Below, in pieces: positions 63,523-64,000 of a stretch of 64,000 bases of DNA. Location of the stretch: assembly GCA_903813345.2 (NCBI GenBank), contig CAIIXF020000001.1:24614001-24678000 (forward strand), given 5' to 3'. Position numbers and translations under genes: made by a program. How positions within the stretch are numbered: the first letter of the stretch is position 1; the number at the start of each line of letters is the position of its first letter. This stretch comes from Owenia fusiformis (lineage: Eukaryota). Under the pieces are notes generated by a model. That model was given only the letters and a program-made list of their open reading frames with translations, was not told the DNA's origin and did no database searches.

Positions 63523-64000
63523 GTTTGATTCCTGTATGATTCCTGAAGGCTGGATTCATTTGTAAACTATATTGCATATGAATCCTGCTTGAATCCTGGC
63601 TACAGGATTCATTTGCAAACTACCTTCTATATGAATCCTGTACGAATCCTGAAGGCTGGATTCATTTGTAAACTATATTGCATATGAATCCTGTATGATT
63701 CCTGAAGGCAGGATTCATTTGCAAACTACCTTCTATATGAATCCTGTACGAATCCCGAAGACTGGATTCATTTGTAAACTATATTGCATATGAATCCTGT
63801 ATGATTCCTGAAGGCAGGATTCATTTGCAAACTACCTTCTATATGAATCCTGTACGAATCCTGAAGGCTGGATTCATTTGTAAACTATATTGCATATGAA
63901 TCCTGTATGATTCCTGAAGGCAGGATTCATTTGTAAACTATTTAAACAGCGAATCCTGTATGAATCCTGGAGGCAGGATTCATACAGGATTCATATGTGC
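63523..64000 (-). repeat. Inverted near-identical copy of the 53-bp satellite arm, running off the window
   Basis: Reverse complement of 53721 onwards, including the unique leader GCACATATGAATCCTG...GATTCGCTGTTTAAATAG. Confidence 0.92.

Overview
AT-rich eukaryotic DNA, most likely from a marine invertebrate (inferred only from the repeat families). It is almost entirely nested transposon debris; I see no intact host gene, RNA gene or CRISPR array. (1) 1-9944 is a cluster of non-autonomous Helentron/HINE (DINE-1-like) elements carrying ~477-bp satellite units, with five 5' hairpin termini stacked at 9677-9944; two more copies lie at 34.8-37.1 kb. (2) 10-14.2 kb holds a deleted pogo element, a decayed zinc-finger + tyrosine-recombinase-like gene and the 3' end of a Ngaro retrotransposon with split direct repeats. 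(3) Many TIR/TSD-defined DNA transposons (hAT, Harbinger, Tc1/mariner, Kolobok-like, MULE-like) include a 10-kb long-TIR element (23993-34009) and a five-level nest at 43.4-47.4 kb. (4) Two inverted 53-bp satellite arms (53.7 kb, 63.5 kb to the window end) may be the ends of one ~10.4-kb CACTA/EnSpm-like element. (5) A signal-peptide-like exon (51.9 kb) and a C-type-lectin-like pseudo-exon (58.9 kb) are weak traces of a host gene. Most listed ORFs are artefacts of repeats. Superfamily names rest on terminal motifs, TSDs and recalled protein motifs, not database searches.
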